Source of the DNA: a virus
Taxonomy: Duplodnaviria; Caudoviricetes
IMG/VR virus record: IMGVR_UViG_3300037195_001448
Coordinates: 1 to 32,219 of that record
Reading direction: 5' to 3' (one strand)
DNA: 32,219 nt
How positions within the stretch are numbered: position 1 is the first letter of the stretch; the number at the start of each line of letters is the position of its first letter. Shown piece by piece: positions 1-9,321 of this stretch. A model generated the notes under the pieces. That model saw nothing but the letters and a program-made list of their open reading frames with translations. It was not told the origin of the DNA and did not search any database. The translations under genes were made by a program, and so were the position numbers.

Positions 1-330
1 GGCCTCGGCCTGGAAGCGGGCGGCTTCCTTGTCGATGATGGCCTGCAGGTATTTCCGGCGGCCATCCGGGTCGCTCATCATGCGCTCGATGTAGCCGGTC
101 ATCGCTCCCAGGAATTCGGGACAGAGACTCTTGAAGGTATCCCATTCATCCGGCCCGATGCGCAGGAGGGTTACCCGCTCTTCCGAGATAGTCATATTGC
201 CGGCGTCGTCGTGCAGCATGACCGGGACAGTGCAGGGCTCGCCGAATGTCACGGCCACGGATTGCTGGCCCTGCTCGTTTCGGCTGTAGCGGAGGTCGGT
301 AACGTGATCGGTGTATTCGTGTCTGGGCAT
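1..330 (-). CDS. Hypothetical tail-region protein, truncated at window edge (MPRHEYTDHVTDLRYSRNEQ...)
   Basis: Read manually: ATG at 330, open to position 1; preceded by a heptamer array like other real genes here. Confidence 0.7.
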   Translation of the reverse strand, partial: MPRHEYTDHVTDLRYSRNEQGQQSVAVTFGEPCTVPVMLHDDAGNMTISEERVTLLRIGPDEWDTFKSLCPEFLGAMTGYIERMMSDPDGRRKYLQAIIDKEAARFQAEA

Positions 331-422
331 GGGTATTCGGGTGTCTGGTGTCAGGTGTCGGGATCAATCAAAACAGTGACGGGCAATTCGGGACATGGGT
401 TCAGGTGTCGGGATCAATCACA

Positions 423-1769
423 TCAGTCGAAACAATAAGTGACTGTCAAAACTCGTGTAGCCCCCAGGCGGTTTTTCAGGGTGAGGACTCCGGTGTCGTA
501 GTAGAGATCGACGTTGCCATCCATGTCTGCGTTCATGATCGCCATGCCGGTGGTGTAGTCCTGGGTCATGGACGTTCCGACACCGAAAAATCCGCCGGCC
601 TCGGCGTCGCCGGCGCTTACCAGCAGGTATCCGGTGGTCGTCGGGGATGGCAGAGTCAGGGTCTCGTCGTCGGTGAAACTCTTGGTAAATTTGAGGGTGT
701 GCTGTGTTCCCTCTTTGCCGGCGAAGATTAGGGTAGCGCCCTGCTCGGTCATCAGGTGCATGGCCGCGGTCCCTGCGCCGTCGTAATCATCTACCCATTC
801 CTGGACAATGTCTGCGGGCTGAGTGGTTGGGGCAGTGCCGGCCTTGATGCCCAGGACGCCGGCGGCGTTGGTGCCAAAGGTGTCCGCTCCATTCAAGCCT
901 ATATTGCCATCTTCCTGGACTCGATACAGTTCCGTGCCTGCCTCCAGGGTGGAGCTGTTGGAGTAAATGCCAAATTTTGCATCCGACTGATTGTTATTCG
1001 CATCAAGCTGGATGGAATAGTGCCCCGTGGAGACAGAGCCATATCTTTCGTGCCAATTGCTTCCGCCAAATTTCACCTTGGCGTCGGTGCTAAACTCCAG
1101 CTCGTTAGTGGTTTTGTCCCAGGTGAAATCCGCATCCCCTCCAAATGATCCGCTGTCGTTGAATTGAACCTGAGTATCCGCCCCGCCAGGCGTGCCGCCG
1201 CCCCCGCCCTGGGTGGTCTCTGTCCAGACGGCGGCGGTGGCCGTGGCATCGAGACACACGTATTCCTTGTCTGCCGTGGTATCAAACCACCGGGAGCCGA
1301 CCGCATACCCTGAGCCGCTGTCGTCGGTGGCCACCGGTGCCACGGATGCCGACCGGTTGCTTTTCGGCTCGGTGATCTCCGTCCAGTCCAGGTCGGTGGT
1401 GTCCAGGGTGTAGCTGGCCGCATAGTCCAGACCATACATTTTGCCCGCATTGGCCGTGCCCTGCATGACGAAGACGATAATCCCGGCCCGGATCTCGTTG
1501 GTGTTGTCCAGGTCGTGCCGGCGTGTCCAGACCCCATCCGCCCCGGTCCCCAGCGTTGTAACCTCGTAGATCCCATTCTCGCTGGCATCGGTCTGGCTTT
1601 TCACTAGGACCCAGTCGTATTGTGCCACCGGATTAATACCGTCCACGTTGTCCGGGGCTCCCGCAGCCAGGTCGGCGATGTCCGCCGTCGTGGCTACCCG
1701 GCAGGCCATGCGCAGCGGGGGGAGGAGGAGTTCGGGGCGGACAAGTTGGAGATCTGCGTAGAGAGCCAT
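423..1769 (-). CDS. Tail fibre / virion appendage protein (448 aa)
   Basis: Gly/Thr/Asp-rich mosaic with modules typical of phage fibres (VLVKSQTDASENGIY..WTR; GYAVGSRWFDTT; PGGADTQVQFNDSGSFGG); follows tape measure. Confidence 0.7.
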   Translation of the reverse strand: MALYADLQLVRPELLLPPLRMACRVATTADIADLAAGAPDNVDGINPVAQYDWVLVKSQTDASENGIYEVTTLGTGADGVWTRRHDLDNTNEIRAGIIVFVMQGTANAGKMYGLDYAASYTLDTTDLDWTEITEPKSNRSASVAPVATDDSGSGYAVGSRWFDTTADKEYVCLDATATAAVWTETTQGGGGGTPGGADTQVQFNDSGSFGGDADFTWDKTTNELEFSTDAKVKFGGSNWHERYGSVSTGHYSIQLDANNNQSDAKFGIYSNSSTLEAGTELYRVQEDGNIGLNGADTFGTNAAGVLGIKAGTAPTTQPADIVQEWVDDYDGAGTAAMHLMTEQGATLIFAGKEGTQHTLKFTKSFTDDETLTLPSPTTTGYLLVSAGDAEAGGFFGVGTSMTQDYTTGMAIMNADMDGNVDLYYDTGVLTLKNRLGATRVLTVTYCFD

Positions 1770-1832
1770 GGGGGGCAGGTGTCGGGTGTCAGGTGTCTGG
1801 TCAGAGAGAGATTATCTCTCGAATCTGCGGAT

Positions 1833-4295
1833 CTAGTTGTTGGCGGACTGGATTGCGGATTGGAGTTGCGGGTTGCCGTTGCCGATGGCGGAGACCACCG
1901 AATTTGTGATGGCGGTCTGGGCATGGTCAGAGGACAAGAATCGCTCAACGTCCTGGGAGTCGGCGGCGCTGATGTTGAATTGCGGGGCCACGGTTATCTG
2001 CACGGGCTGGCCCCCGCCCCGCTTGGCGTGTGGGCCGGAGAGCGGGATCATGGCTTCACGGATAGGGCCGACCTTTACCAGGCCAGGGCCCTGGACGATG
2101 CCGCCCGAATCCAGGAAGGGGAGGTTGAGCTTGCCGAGAAAACCGCCGACTATGCCGGAGGTGGCGAAGCCCTCGCCGAATAAGGAATTCATGATCGGAC
2201 GCAGGACGAGCATTCGCACGATTATCTTGTTGATCTCATTCAGGATTCCCAGGCCCATGTCTTTGAAGCTCTGGGTCACCTTGCGAGAATCGCCCACCAG
2301 GCCGGTAAGGGCCGCGCTCAAATCGTTGGTCAGGCTGTTGGTGAGGCCGGCGGCGAATTGCATGCCCTGGGCGAAAGAGTTGTTCAGGTCGTCCATGGTC
2401 TCCATGATGCCGGCCCGCACTCCCCCGCCGAATCCCTGGGATTCGATCTGAAACTTCCGGAGCTCCTGCCGGGCTTCAGCCATGGCGATGTTGTAGGTCT
2501 TCTGGAACTGGGGACCGAGAATCTGGAGTAATCGGTTCAGCTCCTCCTGCCGCCTGATGAAGCGCTCGGCAGGGTCCAGATACTCGGTGGTGATCGTGCC
2601 CGCTTCCTTTAATGCCTGGTTGTATTCCTTCAATGCTTCAGCCTGCTCCAGGGTCTTGCTGGCATCGAAGGCAATGCCCGCCTGCATGCCCAGGCGCTGC
2701 AGGTTTATAATCAGGCCAGCAAACTCGGCAGCCCTGCGGTAGTTAGCCTCCAGGTTGGCCGCATGCTGCCGCTGATTCTCGAAGTCGGGGGGATGGATAT
2801 CCGGCGCTCCCTCTCGTGGCTTGGCCGCTTTGCGAGCCTTTGTCTTCTTCTCGATCTCTTCGAGCTGGCCGTTGATGAGGGACCACATGTGGCGGAGAGG
2901 CCCCAGGATGGTGGTCTCCGTGGAGGCGGCGGCGTTGTTTATCCGGTTCTCGACGTTTTTCATTATGTCGTCGAACAGTTTTGTATTCTCGTCCGTCTCC
3001 GCCTTGACCGCGGCGGCCAGTTTCTTGCGGGCCTTGAGCGCAGCTGGCATAGCCTCTTCCCTCAGAGCCTTAATCCGCTTTACATCCTTCTCCAGCTTGC
3101 GCATAAGATCGCTCGCTATCCTCAACTGGTTATCCAGGTCGTCACCGTGTCCGGATGGGATATCGAACCGTGACGCCTCCAGCTCGGCGACGAGCGTTTT
3201 TGTGTCCCGCAGCCTTACCTGCACGATCCGGAGCTCGTCGGTCAGCGTTCGCACCTTCTCGGAGCTGGCGAGCAGCAGGGCCTCGCCGATCTTTTCCGGG
3301 ATGAACTTGGCGAACTCTATCAGGCCATAGAAAAACGGTTTCCAGAAGTCCTTGGCGTGGTCCTTTGCGATGACCGCTGCCGTCGCAATGCCGCCTCCTA
3401 TCATCCTGGGAATGGCCGCCCGCATCTCCGCCAGGAAGCCGGCCATGGCTGCCCGCTTCTCGTCCGCATCCAGGAACTCCATGGCCTCGTTTATGCGCCG
3501 GCCAACGTTGAAGATCTCGGTCATCGTGTCCAATACAAATTTGAGCGTGGGCAAGGCCTTTTTGCCCATGCTGCCCGAAAACTCCATGAACGCAGATTGC
3601 ATGACCTTCATCCTCGCCGAAAATCTCGATGTCGCTTTATCGATGGCCTGGCCGAACTTTTCATCCCAGATTTCCAGCAGCGCGGCCCGGATCTCTTTGG
3701 CGTCGTTGCGCACGTGTTTGACCAGGTCGCCGCTCTGGATGATGGCCTTGTCTTTTGTCCGCCTGGCCTCGATGCCCAGCCGGCGAAGACTCTCGGTCTC
3801 AAACGAGACGTAAGCGCCTATAACGTCACGCAGATCCCTATTGAACGCCAGGGCCACCCCGGCGAGGGCTTCGGTGACCCGCTGGGTCTCCTTCTCGCCC
3901 ACCGCACCCAGGCGGATAAACGACTGAACCACCTCTTCCGTGGAAAGAGGCGAAGCGATGGCGAACTCTCGGATCGCATCAAAGGCTTTGTTCGCTTCGT
4001 CCAGATCGTCAATAAGAATCTGGATCTGGCTGTGATAGGTCTCCAGCCGGCCCGCGTCCTCGATGAACCTCCGCCCTAGCTCGATGGCCTTGTAGATGCC
4101 CAGTGCGCTCGCGGCCCCCAGGATGGCACCTTTCAGGCTGAGAAACCCAGCGGTCATGCTGGCCGTGCCGGTGAGGGTGGCCTTGCTGGCTGCTTTGCTC
4201 TCCCCCTTCAGGTTCCGCATAGCGTTCCGGAATTCCGGGGACATCTGGTCCTGCAGGCGGAGGAAGATCTGGAGGGTGTTGCGTTTGGAGGGCAC
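1833..4295 (-). CDS. Tail tape measure protein (820 aa, GTG start)
   Basis: Long Ala/Leu/Glu-rich helical protein with an N-terminal tape-measure-type region (FAIASPLSTEEVVQSF) and C-terminal GGIV..P...GP..EAMIPL; follows chaperone pair. Confidence 0.9.
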   Translation of the reverse strand: MPSKRNTLQIFLRLQDQMSPEFRNAMRNLKGESKAASKATLTGTASMTAGFLSLKGAILGAASALGIYKAIELGRRFIEDAGRLETYHSQIQILIDDLDEANKAFDAIREFAIASPLSTEEVVQSFIRLGAVGEKETQRVTEALAGVALAFNRDLRDVIGAYVSFETESLRRLGIEARRTKDKAIIQSGDLVKHVRNDAKEIRAALLEIWDEKFGQAIDKATSRFSARMKVMQSAFMEFSGSMGKKALPTLKFVLDTMTEIFNVGRRINEAMEFLDADEKRAAMAGFLAEMRAAIPRMIGGGIATAAVIAKDHAKDFWKPFFYGLIEFAKFIPEKIGEALLLASSEKVRTLTDELRIVQVRLRDTKTLVAELEASRFDIPSGHGDDLDNQLRIASDLMRKLEKDVKRIKALREEAMPAALKARKKLAAAVKAETDENTKLFDDIMKNVENRINNAAASTETTILGPLRHMWSLINGQLEEIEKKTKARKAAKPREGAPDIHPPDFENQRQHAANLEANYRRAAEFAGLIINLQRLGMQAGIAFDASKTLEQAEALKEYNQALKEAGTITTEYLDPAERFIRRQEELNRLLQILGPQFQKTYNIAMAEARQELRKFQIESQGFGGGVRAGIMETMDDLNNSFAQGMQFAAGLTNSLTNDLSAALTGLVGDSRKVTQSFKDMGLGILNEINKIIVRMLVLRPIMNSLFGEGFATSGIVGGFLGKLNLPFLDSGGIVQGPGLVKVGPIREAMIPLSGPHAKRGGGQPVQITVAPQFNISAADSQDVERFLSSDHAQTAITNSVVSAIGNGNPQLQSAIQSANN

Positions 4296-4550
4296 GGAGA
4301 GACGGGTGGGGAGACGGGTGGGGAGACGGGTGTCTGGTGTCGGGTGTCAGGTCAGAGAGATTATCTCTCGAATCTGCGGAACCGTTGGGGAGAATGATAT
4401 GGTTGTAGGTCGAACTAAGAGTGTCCTTGTCCCTCCCTGACACCCGACACCTGACACCCGACCCTTGTCCCACCCTGACACCTGACACCCGACACCTGAC
4501 ACCCGACCCTTGTCCCACCCTGACACCCGACACCCGACACCACCTACCAC

Positions 4551-4940
4551 CTACTTCTTCCTCTCCTTCGCATCCAGCACCTCGTCGATCTTGACCTTCA
4601 GATACTGGCTGGCCTCGACGAATATGTTGGCCTGCTGGTTCAGGCCGCCGGGGACGGGGGGGAGATCGGGCCAGGCACGGTAGGCGGTGAGGAAGGGATC
4701 GCCGAGCTGGCGGGCGCAACGGTTGGGGCAATCCCGTATGTCCTCTCTCCCAGTTCCGGAGCAGACGGAGCAATCGGGATCACCCATGCCGTTGCAAGAC
4801 GTGCAGTCTATTTCCATGAAAGGCGCTGCCGCCGGGCCATCGCAGCCCCAGTCTGCCCGGTATTTCGGGTCATTCCAGCAGAGCCGGCAGGTAACGTTTA
4901 AGTCGCCACAGCTTGCCACTGCGGCGAGTGTCAGTTTTTT
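4551..4940 (-). CDS. Tail assembly chaperone gpT-equivalent, expressed by -1 frameshift from the upstream gene
   Basis: No good start of its own; in the -1 frame after slippery A AAA AAC (4934-4940); ends just before tape measure. Confidence 0.75.
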   Translation of the reverse strand, partial: KKLTLAAVASCGDLNVTCRLCWNDPKYRADWGCDGPAAAPFMEIDCTSCNGMGDPDCSVCSGTGREDIRDCPNRCARQLGDPFLTAYRAWPDLPPVPGGLNQQANIFVEASQYLKVKIDEVLDAKERKK

Positions 4941-5422
4941 CGGTCTTCTCCAGTGAGGGTATTCGCCTCGATGATTTTCTTCCCCAGGTCCGCCCGCTGG
5001 CGCACGGAGAGTAAGGAGAGCCGTTCTGCTGTGGTGCCGGTCATAAAGGGAATATCCTGGCCGTCCGGCGCTTTGAAGTTCTCCCACCCCATCAGATATT
5101 TCTCTATTAAACTGGTGTAAAACGGGGTGAAGACCTCGGTAGCGCTTACGCTCCCGGCCTGGCTCATCAGCTCCTCGGACTTCTCCTCGAAATCCGGGTC
5201 ATCTTCATCCATCTCCTCCAATTGCTGCCGGAGCCTCATAGCCTCTCTAAATGGCTTCTGAAAATCCTCGGCGGCTTTCTGCTGGGCGGGTATCAGCTCC
5301 CCGTTTACCTTCTCTACGCTCAAGACCCGGACCTTAAAGATGGTCTGGTCCTCAGCTTCCAGCTCTTTGTCTTCTTCGAGAATGACGTCGGTCGTCTTGT
5401 CGGGCGTGGTGGCAATAGCCAT
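4931..5422 (-). CDS. Tail assembly chaperone gpG-equivalent (163 aa)
   Basis: Between tail tube and tape measure; GWENF motif; GGAGG RBS; ends CGA AAA AAC TGA. Confidence 0.8.
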   Translation of the reverse strand: MAIATTPDKTTDVILEEDKELEAEDQTIFKVRVLSVEKVNGELIPAQQKAAEDFQKPFREAMRLRQQLEEMDEDDPDFEEKSEELMSQAGSVSATEVFTPFYTSLIEKYLMGWENFKAPDGQDIPFMTGTTAERLSLLSVRQRADLGKKIIEANTLTGEDRKN

Positions 5423-5477
5423 GGGCGTTGTCCTCCGGGTTGAAGAAAGTGGTCAGGTGTCTGGTGTCAGGTGTCGG

Positions 5478-5750
5478 TCAGGGATTCCTCCGCAGGTCGT
5501 CCACTTCTTTCCTGAGCCGCTCCAGTTGGATGGAAAGGGTGTGATGAATGGCAGGGTCGGCGAGGTGAGAAGTCAGCTCTCCCCTTACATCCTCGCTAAC
5601 GTCCAGCTTGGCTTGAATGCGTGCCAGGGTCATAGAGACCCAGCACGCCCAGGGGATTACGAGCATGAGAACAAAGGCCGCCGCTGCGATAAACCAGTTG
5701 GGGATCTTGTAGTAGATGGTGCTTGATGCGGATTCAGAGACTTCAGACAT
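5478..5750 (-). CDS. Small membrane protein with coiled-coil tail (possible holin-like/lysis accessory)
   Basis: One hydrophobic segment (WFIAAAAFVLMLVIPWACWV) followed by a heptad-like C-terminus. Confidence 0.45.
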   Translation of the reverse strand: MSEVSESASSTIYYKIPNWFIAAAAFVLMLVIPWACWVSMTLARIQAKLDVSEDVRGELTSHLADPAIHHTLSIQLERLRKEVDDLRRNP

Positions 5751-5773
5751 CAGGTGTTGCGTGCAAATCGGGG

Positions 5774-5834
5774 CGTTTCATGCTGCAGGGTACCAGCGAC
5801 CCTCACCCCGGCCCTCTCCCAGAGGGAGAGGGGG
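5774..5834 (+). repeat. REP-like element CGTTTCATGCTGCAGGGT..ACCCTCACCCCGGCCCTCTCCCAGAGGGAGAGGG
   Basis: Other copies at 10330-10388 (-), 7265-7300 (-, partial) and 10460-10483 + 11173-11210 (+, split by the cassette). Confidence 0.85.
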
Positions 5835-5839
5835 ATTTG

Positions 5840-7237
5840 TTAGAACAGATAGAAACAGAGCTCCAAGTCATCCTCTCTGGAATGCGTTTTTGTGAAGCGG
5901 CAGGCGTGCTCGCCGGTGGCGATGTTCTCCCGGTTGCCTTCGGTGATGCCCTCGATCTGCATGCCCTTCGCATAGACTCCGAACTGGTTGCCGGCCACCG
6001 ATCCCCAGGTGCAGTCGAGCTCGATGGTGGTCTCGTTTTCTGCCGAGCCCTGGAAATCGAATGTCCCCTTGTGAACCGAGTCGAGATTCATCGTTCCCCG
6101 CCAGTTGCGGGCGCCGATCTCGTATCCCAAAATGCCGGAGGCGGCCTGGGAGTCCTCGATGGCGGCCAGGGCGTTCTCCAGGCTGAAGGACATAGCGCCG
6201 ATGCGCAGGCCGGTGGTGCTGTCCAGGGCGAAGCTGATACCCTTGAACCGCGGGCCGGCGACTCGCTCCTCGCTGGTGCCGCTGAAAGCGGCGACATCGC
6301 TATCGCCGCCGTTCGCTCCCATGGCGGAAAAGTTGAGCCGCCCCTCTCTGCCGGAGCGTAGCTCGATGTTCGGGCTCACCCGGCAGCCGATGGCCGTGTG
6401 ACGGTGACCGTGGCGGTTGCGGTAGATCGTCAGGCTGGGGATCTCGCTCTGGGATGGGTCGGTCGAGCTGGTAGCCGATGCGCTCGAATCCGCCCCGGTC
6501 AGGGTCTCGGCGTTCTGGAATGTGCCATCCACGTGCATCAGGAAGATTTTGGCGTCCCCGTCTGCCGTGGCCTGGTAGGCGTAGCCGATGGCGGCGCTCG
6601 TGCCGCCGGTGACCTTCTCGCCCGCCGTGTAGGGGCCGCCTGCTACCGCTCCGATGGAAAGCTCGATAAGCGGGTCAGTGTGGGGCATCAGCACCCGGCC
6701 ATAGTTGCTGTCTGTGGTCGAAGGGGTGGCCGTGGCAGCGCTGTCCGCACCGGTCCAGACATTCGAGTTGTCGGTCGAGCCTGTCACGTCATAGACCAGC
6801 AGGGTGGTTGTGCCGTTGGCGGTGTCCTTGAACACCTTTGCCGTGGCTCCGGTGACGGCCTGAGAGATCGATTCCCCGTGCAGGTAGGGGCCGCCGGTGA
6901 CCGCCCCGATGGTGATCTGTTTGAGCGCCTTTACCCTCCATCCGCCGGCCCTCATCAGCAGGTACCAGTTCGGGTCAGAGGTGATGAGCCCATCGGCAGG
7001 GCCGGCCAGGTAGGAGCCGAAGTTGATGCCCCGGCTCAGCGCCCCGGAGTTGGCCCCGGTATCGCTGAGGGTGAGGGACTGCTCTTCGTCGTCCTCCATG
7101 TCCATCTCTTCCTCTTTGCCGATGCCGAAGCAGCGCAGGCCCACATCGGCGGCGTCGAGTGTCTCTTCCGTGCCGAATACTGCCTCCTGAGCGAAAGCGA
7201 TTTGCTGTAGCTGGTCGAGTTGTGAGCCGAATGCCAT
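5840..7237 (-). CDS. Major tail tube protein (465 aa) with two inserted beta-rich repeat domains
   Basis: N-terminal IAFAQEAVFGT typical of tube proteins; position upstream of chaperones; internal repeats IGAVTGGPY..GE / IGAVAGGPY..GE. Confidence 0.75.
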   Translation of the reverse strand: MAFGSQLDQLQQIAFAQEAVFGTEETLDAADVGLRCFGIGKEEEMDMEDDEEQSLTLSDTGANSGALSRGINFGSYLAGPADGLITSDPNWYLLMRAGGWRVKALKQITIGAVTGGPYLHGESISQAVTGATAKVFKDTANGTTTLLVYDVTGSTDNSNVWTGADSAATATPSTTDSNYGRVLMPHTDPLIELSIGAVAGGPYTAGEKVTGGTSAAIGYAYQATADGDAKIFLMHVDGTFQNAETLTGADSSASATSSTDPSQSEIPSLTIYRNRHGHRHTAIGCRVSPNIELRSGREGRLNFSAMGANGGDSDVAAFSGTSEERVAGPRFKGISFALDSTTGLRIGAMSFSLENALAAIEDSQAASGILGYEIGARNWRGTMNLDSVHKGTFDFQGSAENETTIELDCTWGSVAGNQFGVYAKGMQIEGITEGNRENIATGEHACRFTKTHSREDDLELCFYLF

Positions 7238-7422
7238 AGGTAGAATCCTTTAAAAAGTTTTTCTGGGTGAGGGTCGCCTGGAACCCTGCAGCATTTAACG
7301 CTAATTATCTTCGGATCTGCGGATGTGCTAGGTCGGGGGAGGGGTGTCAGGTGTCGGGTGTCGGGTGTCTGGCTCGGAAGGGCTGGCGATGGCTCTCGAC
7401 ACTGACACCCGACACCCGACAC

Positions 7423-7761
7423 CTAGATGACTTCCTCGATCACCACCGAAATATCGACGGCCGTAGCGGTCTTGTGGGCGAGCCGCACGGGGGCGGCGAA
7501 GCGGTAGTTGCCGCTGCTCTCGCCGGGTCCTGGGGGTGTCCAGGTGAAGGTCGCCGATCCGCCGAGCTGGTCGTGATAAAGATCTTCTACGGCCTTGGCG
7601 TGAAACCGCGATCGATTCGGCCAGGTGATGCTCCACCTACGGCCCTTCAGGGGAGAAACCCTGGTCGCAATCGCTACCCCGCTCTCCGGATCGGACCGGC
7701 GCTGGCGGTAGGTGTGGCGGACCGTGTAGCGGAGTGGGTTTGCGATGGGGAACGAAGCCAT
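7423..7761 (-). CDS. Minor tail protein, lambda gpM/distal-tail-like (112 aa)
   Basis: Size, R.WSITW, F.WTPP motif and C-terminal IEEV resemble gpM-type proteins. Confidence 0.55.
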   Translation of the reverse strand: MASFPIANPLRYTVRHTYRQRRSDPESGVAIATRVSPLKGRRWSITWPNRSRFHAKAVEDLYHDQLGGSATFTWTPPGPGESSGNYRFAAPVRLAHKTATAVDISVVIEEVI

Positions 7762-7790
7762 GGCGTCAGGTGTCAGGTGTCAGGGTTGAA

Positions 7791-8303
7791 CTACGTGTAT
7801 GGATCGTCATACACGTAGTTGTATTGCATCCGGATCGAGATGGGGACGATGCACCAGGGCTCGCCTTCATCATCCTCGGCCTCCATGACCATCCAGTCTC
7901 TTACCTGGGTCCAGACTACTGCCCCGCCCAGGGGGGGGTCGGCCATGATGGCTTTCTCGATGTCGCTCACAAAATCATCGGCCAGGTCGTCGGTCTCGGT
8001 GTCTGAATCGTCCTCCTGGTCGTGAACGAAATAGAGGATGGCCAGCACGTCTAGAAACCTTTCGGTTTCGTTGGCGATGCTTTCCTCTCCCTCGACTTCG
8101 ACCATGGCGTTGCCCTCGGTGGTGAGTATTACCAGCGGGAGGGTGTTGAAGTCGTTTACCTGGAATTCCGTATCGCCGGTAACCTTGCGCTTCCGGTATT
8201 TCTGCACGCTGTTAATGTCCCGCTGGTACCCGTTGGCGACGGTGACGGTGGCGATGCGGGTCTGAAGGGCGTCTGTGGCGAGGCGGCGTTTTGAGGAGGC
8301 CAT
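7791..8303 (-). CDS. Tail terminator / tail-completion protein (170 aa)
   Basis: TVTVANGY..DI motif; acidic; upstream of tail tube. Confidence 0.65.
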   Translation of the reverse strand: MASSKRRLATDALQTRIATVTVANGYQRDINSVQKYRKRKVTGDTEFQVNDFNTLPLVILTTEGNAMVEVEGEESIANETERFLDVLAILYFVHDQEDDSDTETDDLADDFVSDIEKAIMADPPLGGAVVWTQVRDWMVMEAEDDEGEPWCIVPISIRMQYNYVYDDPYT

Positions 8304-8339
8304 GGGGTGTCAGGTGTCAGGTGTCGGGGAGACCAGCTT

Positions 8340-8537
8340 TCAGAGCTTTTTAATCAGCGGGGCGAGGTAGTAGGAGAGGATCAATCCTTCGAGAGACTCG
8401 GGTAGGCCGGGCACATCTACCATTCGGTTCAGGGCTTTCTGAACTCGCTGCTTCCTTAAAAAGCGTTTGAGCTGTTTACGGGTGACTTGTCCCAGTTTTT
8501 CGATCTCTTCCAGCAGGATGTCTTCGGGGTCTTTCAT
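8340..8537 (-). CDS. Small hypothetical protein (65 aa)
   Basis: Fills the gap between two structural genes, closely spaced, same strand. Confidence 0.55.
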   Translation of the reverse strand: MKDPEDILLEEIEKLGQVTRKQLKRFLRKQRVQKALNRMVDVPGLPESLEGLILSYYLAPLIKKL

Positions 8538-8538
8538 A

Positions 8539-9255
8539 TTACGCTCTCTTTCTTAGTCCTTGATTCCAGATCCGGATGGCCTTTTGGGCGGCTTGCTGGA
8601 TCCGCTGGTTCGGAAATTGCCCCAGGGCTCGCCAGGTCTTGTAGAAGTTCAAACCGGGGTTGCGAAGGGTGACCTTTTTCCTCAGCACAAAGATCGGCAC
8701 TATCTCAGTGCCACGGATGCGGGGCTTATAGAAGACCACCCCGTCACGGATGAAGGATTTTCGCTTATCGAGGTCGCTCCATTCGGCATAGGGCTTTTTG
8801 AACTTCTTACGGGTCTTCCCCCGCATGGTCTGCACGATCGGCCCTGGGATGGGCACTCGGAGGTATCTGGCCTCCTGCGGGTATATTGTCCCACCGAATT
8901 CCTGATATTCCGCCACGTTGCTGCGGGAAAGGATGTTCAGGGACATGTCCAGGGCGTTGGCCTGGGTGAGGGCCAGCCGCTCGACCAGGCCCTTGCGCTC
9001 GTCCGATTGCTTTCCCACCCCTACCCCACGGTTGCCCACGTTCACGTATCCCCGGAATTTCCCGTAAAGGGATTTCCGGAACGGCCGGGCCAGATTCAGA
9101 TCCAGATTGGAAAGCCAGCTTTTGAAAAACTTGCGCTTGATGTGCAGCAGCCCGTCGCCGAACTGGTAGGCGAATTGATTGGGGGCGGTCTGCATGGCGT
9201 GCAGGACCTCCGCCATCTGAATCTTGATTACTGGGCGGAATTGTTTTTTAGCCAT
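8539..9255 (-). CDS. Neck / tail-completion (virion morphogenesis-like) protein (238 aa)
   Basis: Basic protein with AEYQEFGGTI.P...YL.VPI motif; head-tail connector position. Confidence 0.6.
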   Translation of the reverse strand: MAKKQFRPVIKIQMAEVLHAMQTAPNQFAYQFGDGLLHIKRKFFKSWLSNLDLNLARPFRKSLYGKFRGYVNVGNRGVGVGKQSDERKGLVERLALTQANALDMSLNILSRSNVAEYQEFGGTIYPQEARYLRVPIPGPIVQTMRGKTRKKFKKPYAEWSDLDKRKSFIRDGVVFYKPRIRGTEIVPIFVLRKKVTLRNPGLNFYKTWRALGQFPNQRIQQAAQKAIRIWNQGLRKRA

Positions 9256-9321
9256 GGGGGAGGGTGGGTGAGGTCAAAACAACACACTGGTTTTTAGCCA
9301 TTGGGGAGGGTGGGTGTCAGG

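Noticed and set aside
351-1769. Diversity-generating retroelement at the tail fibre
   Set aside because: No reverse transcriptase in the window and no long TR/VR pair with adenine-specific mismatches; the duplication is only 20 bp.
4436-4541. Repeat/spacer-like pattern suggesting CRISPR
   Set aside because: Made of heptamers plus a duplicated short linker; no unique spacers and no cas genes.
4009-4773. ORFs rich in VSGVGCR / TPDTRHP peptides (also 146-367, 7036-7422, 16883-17098)
   Set aside because: Translations of intergenic heptamer arrays, not genes.
5478-5750. Complete lysis cassette
   Set aside because: No endolysin or spanin is recognisable; only one TM protein of uncertain role.
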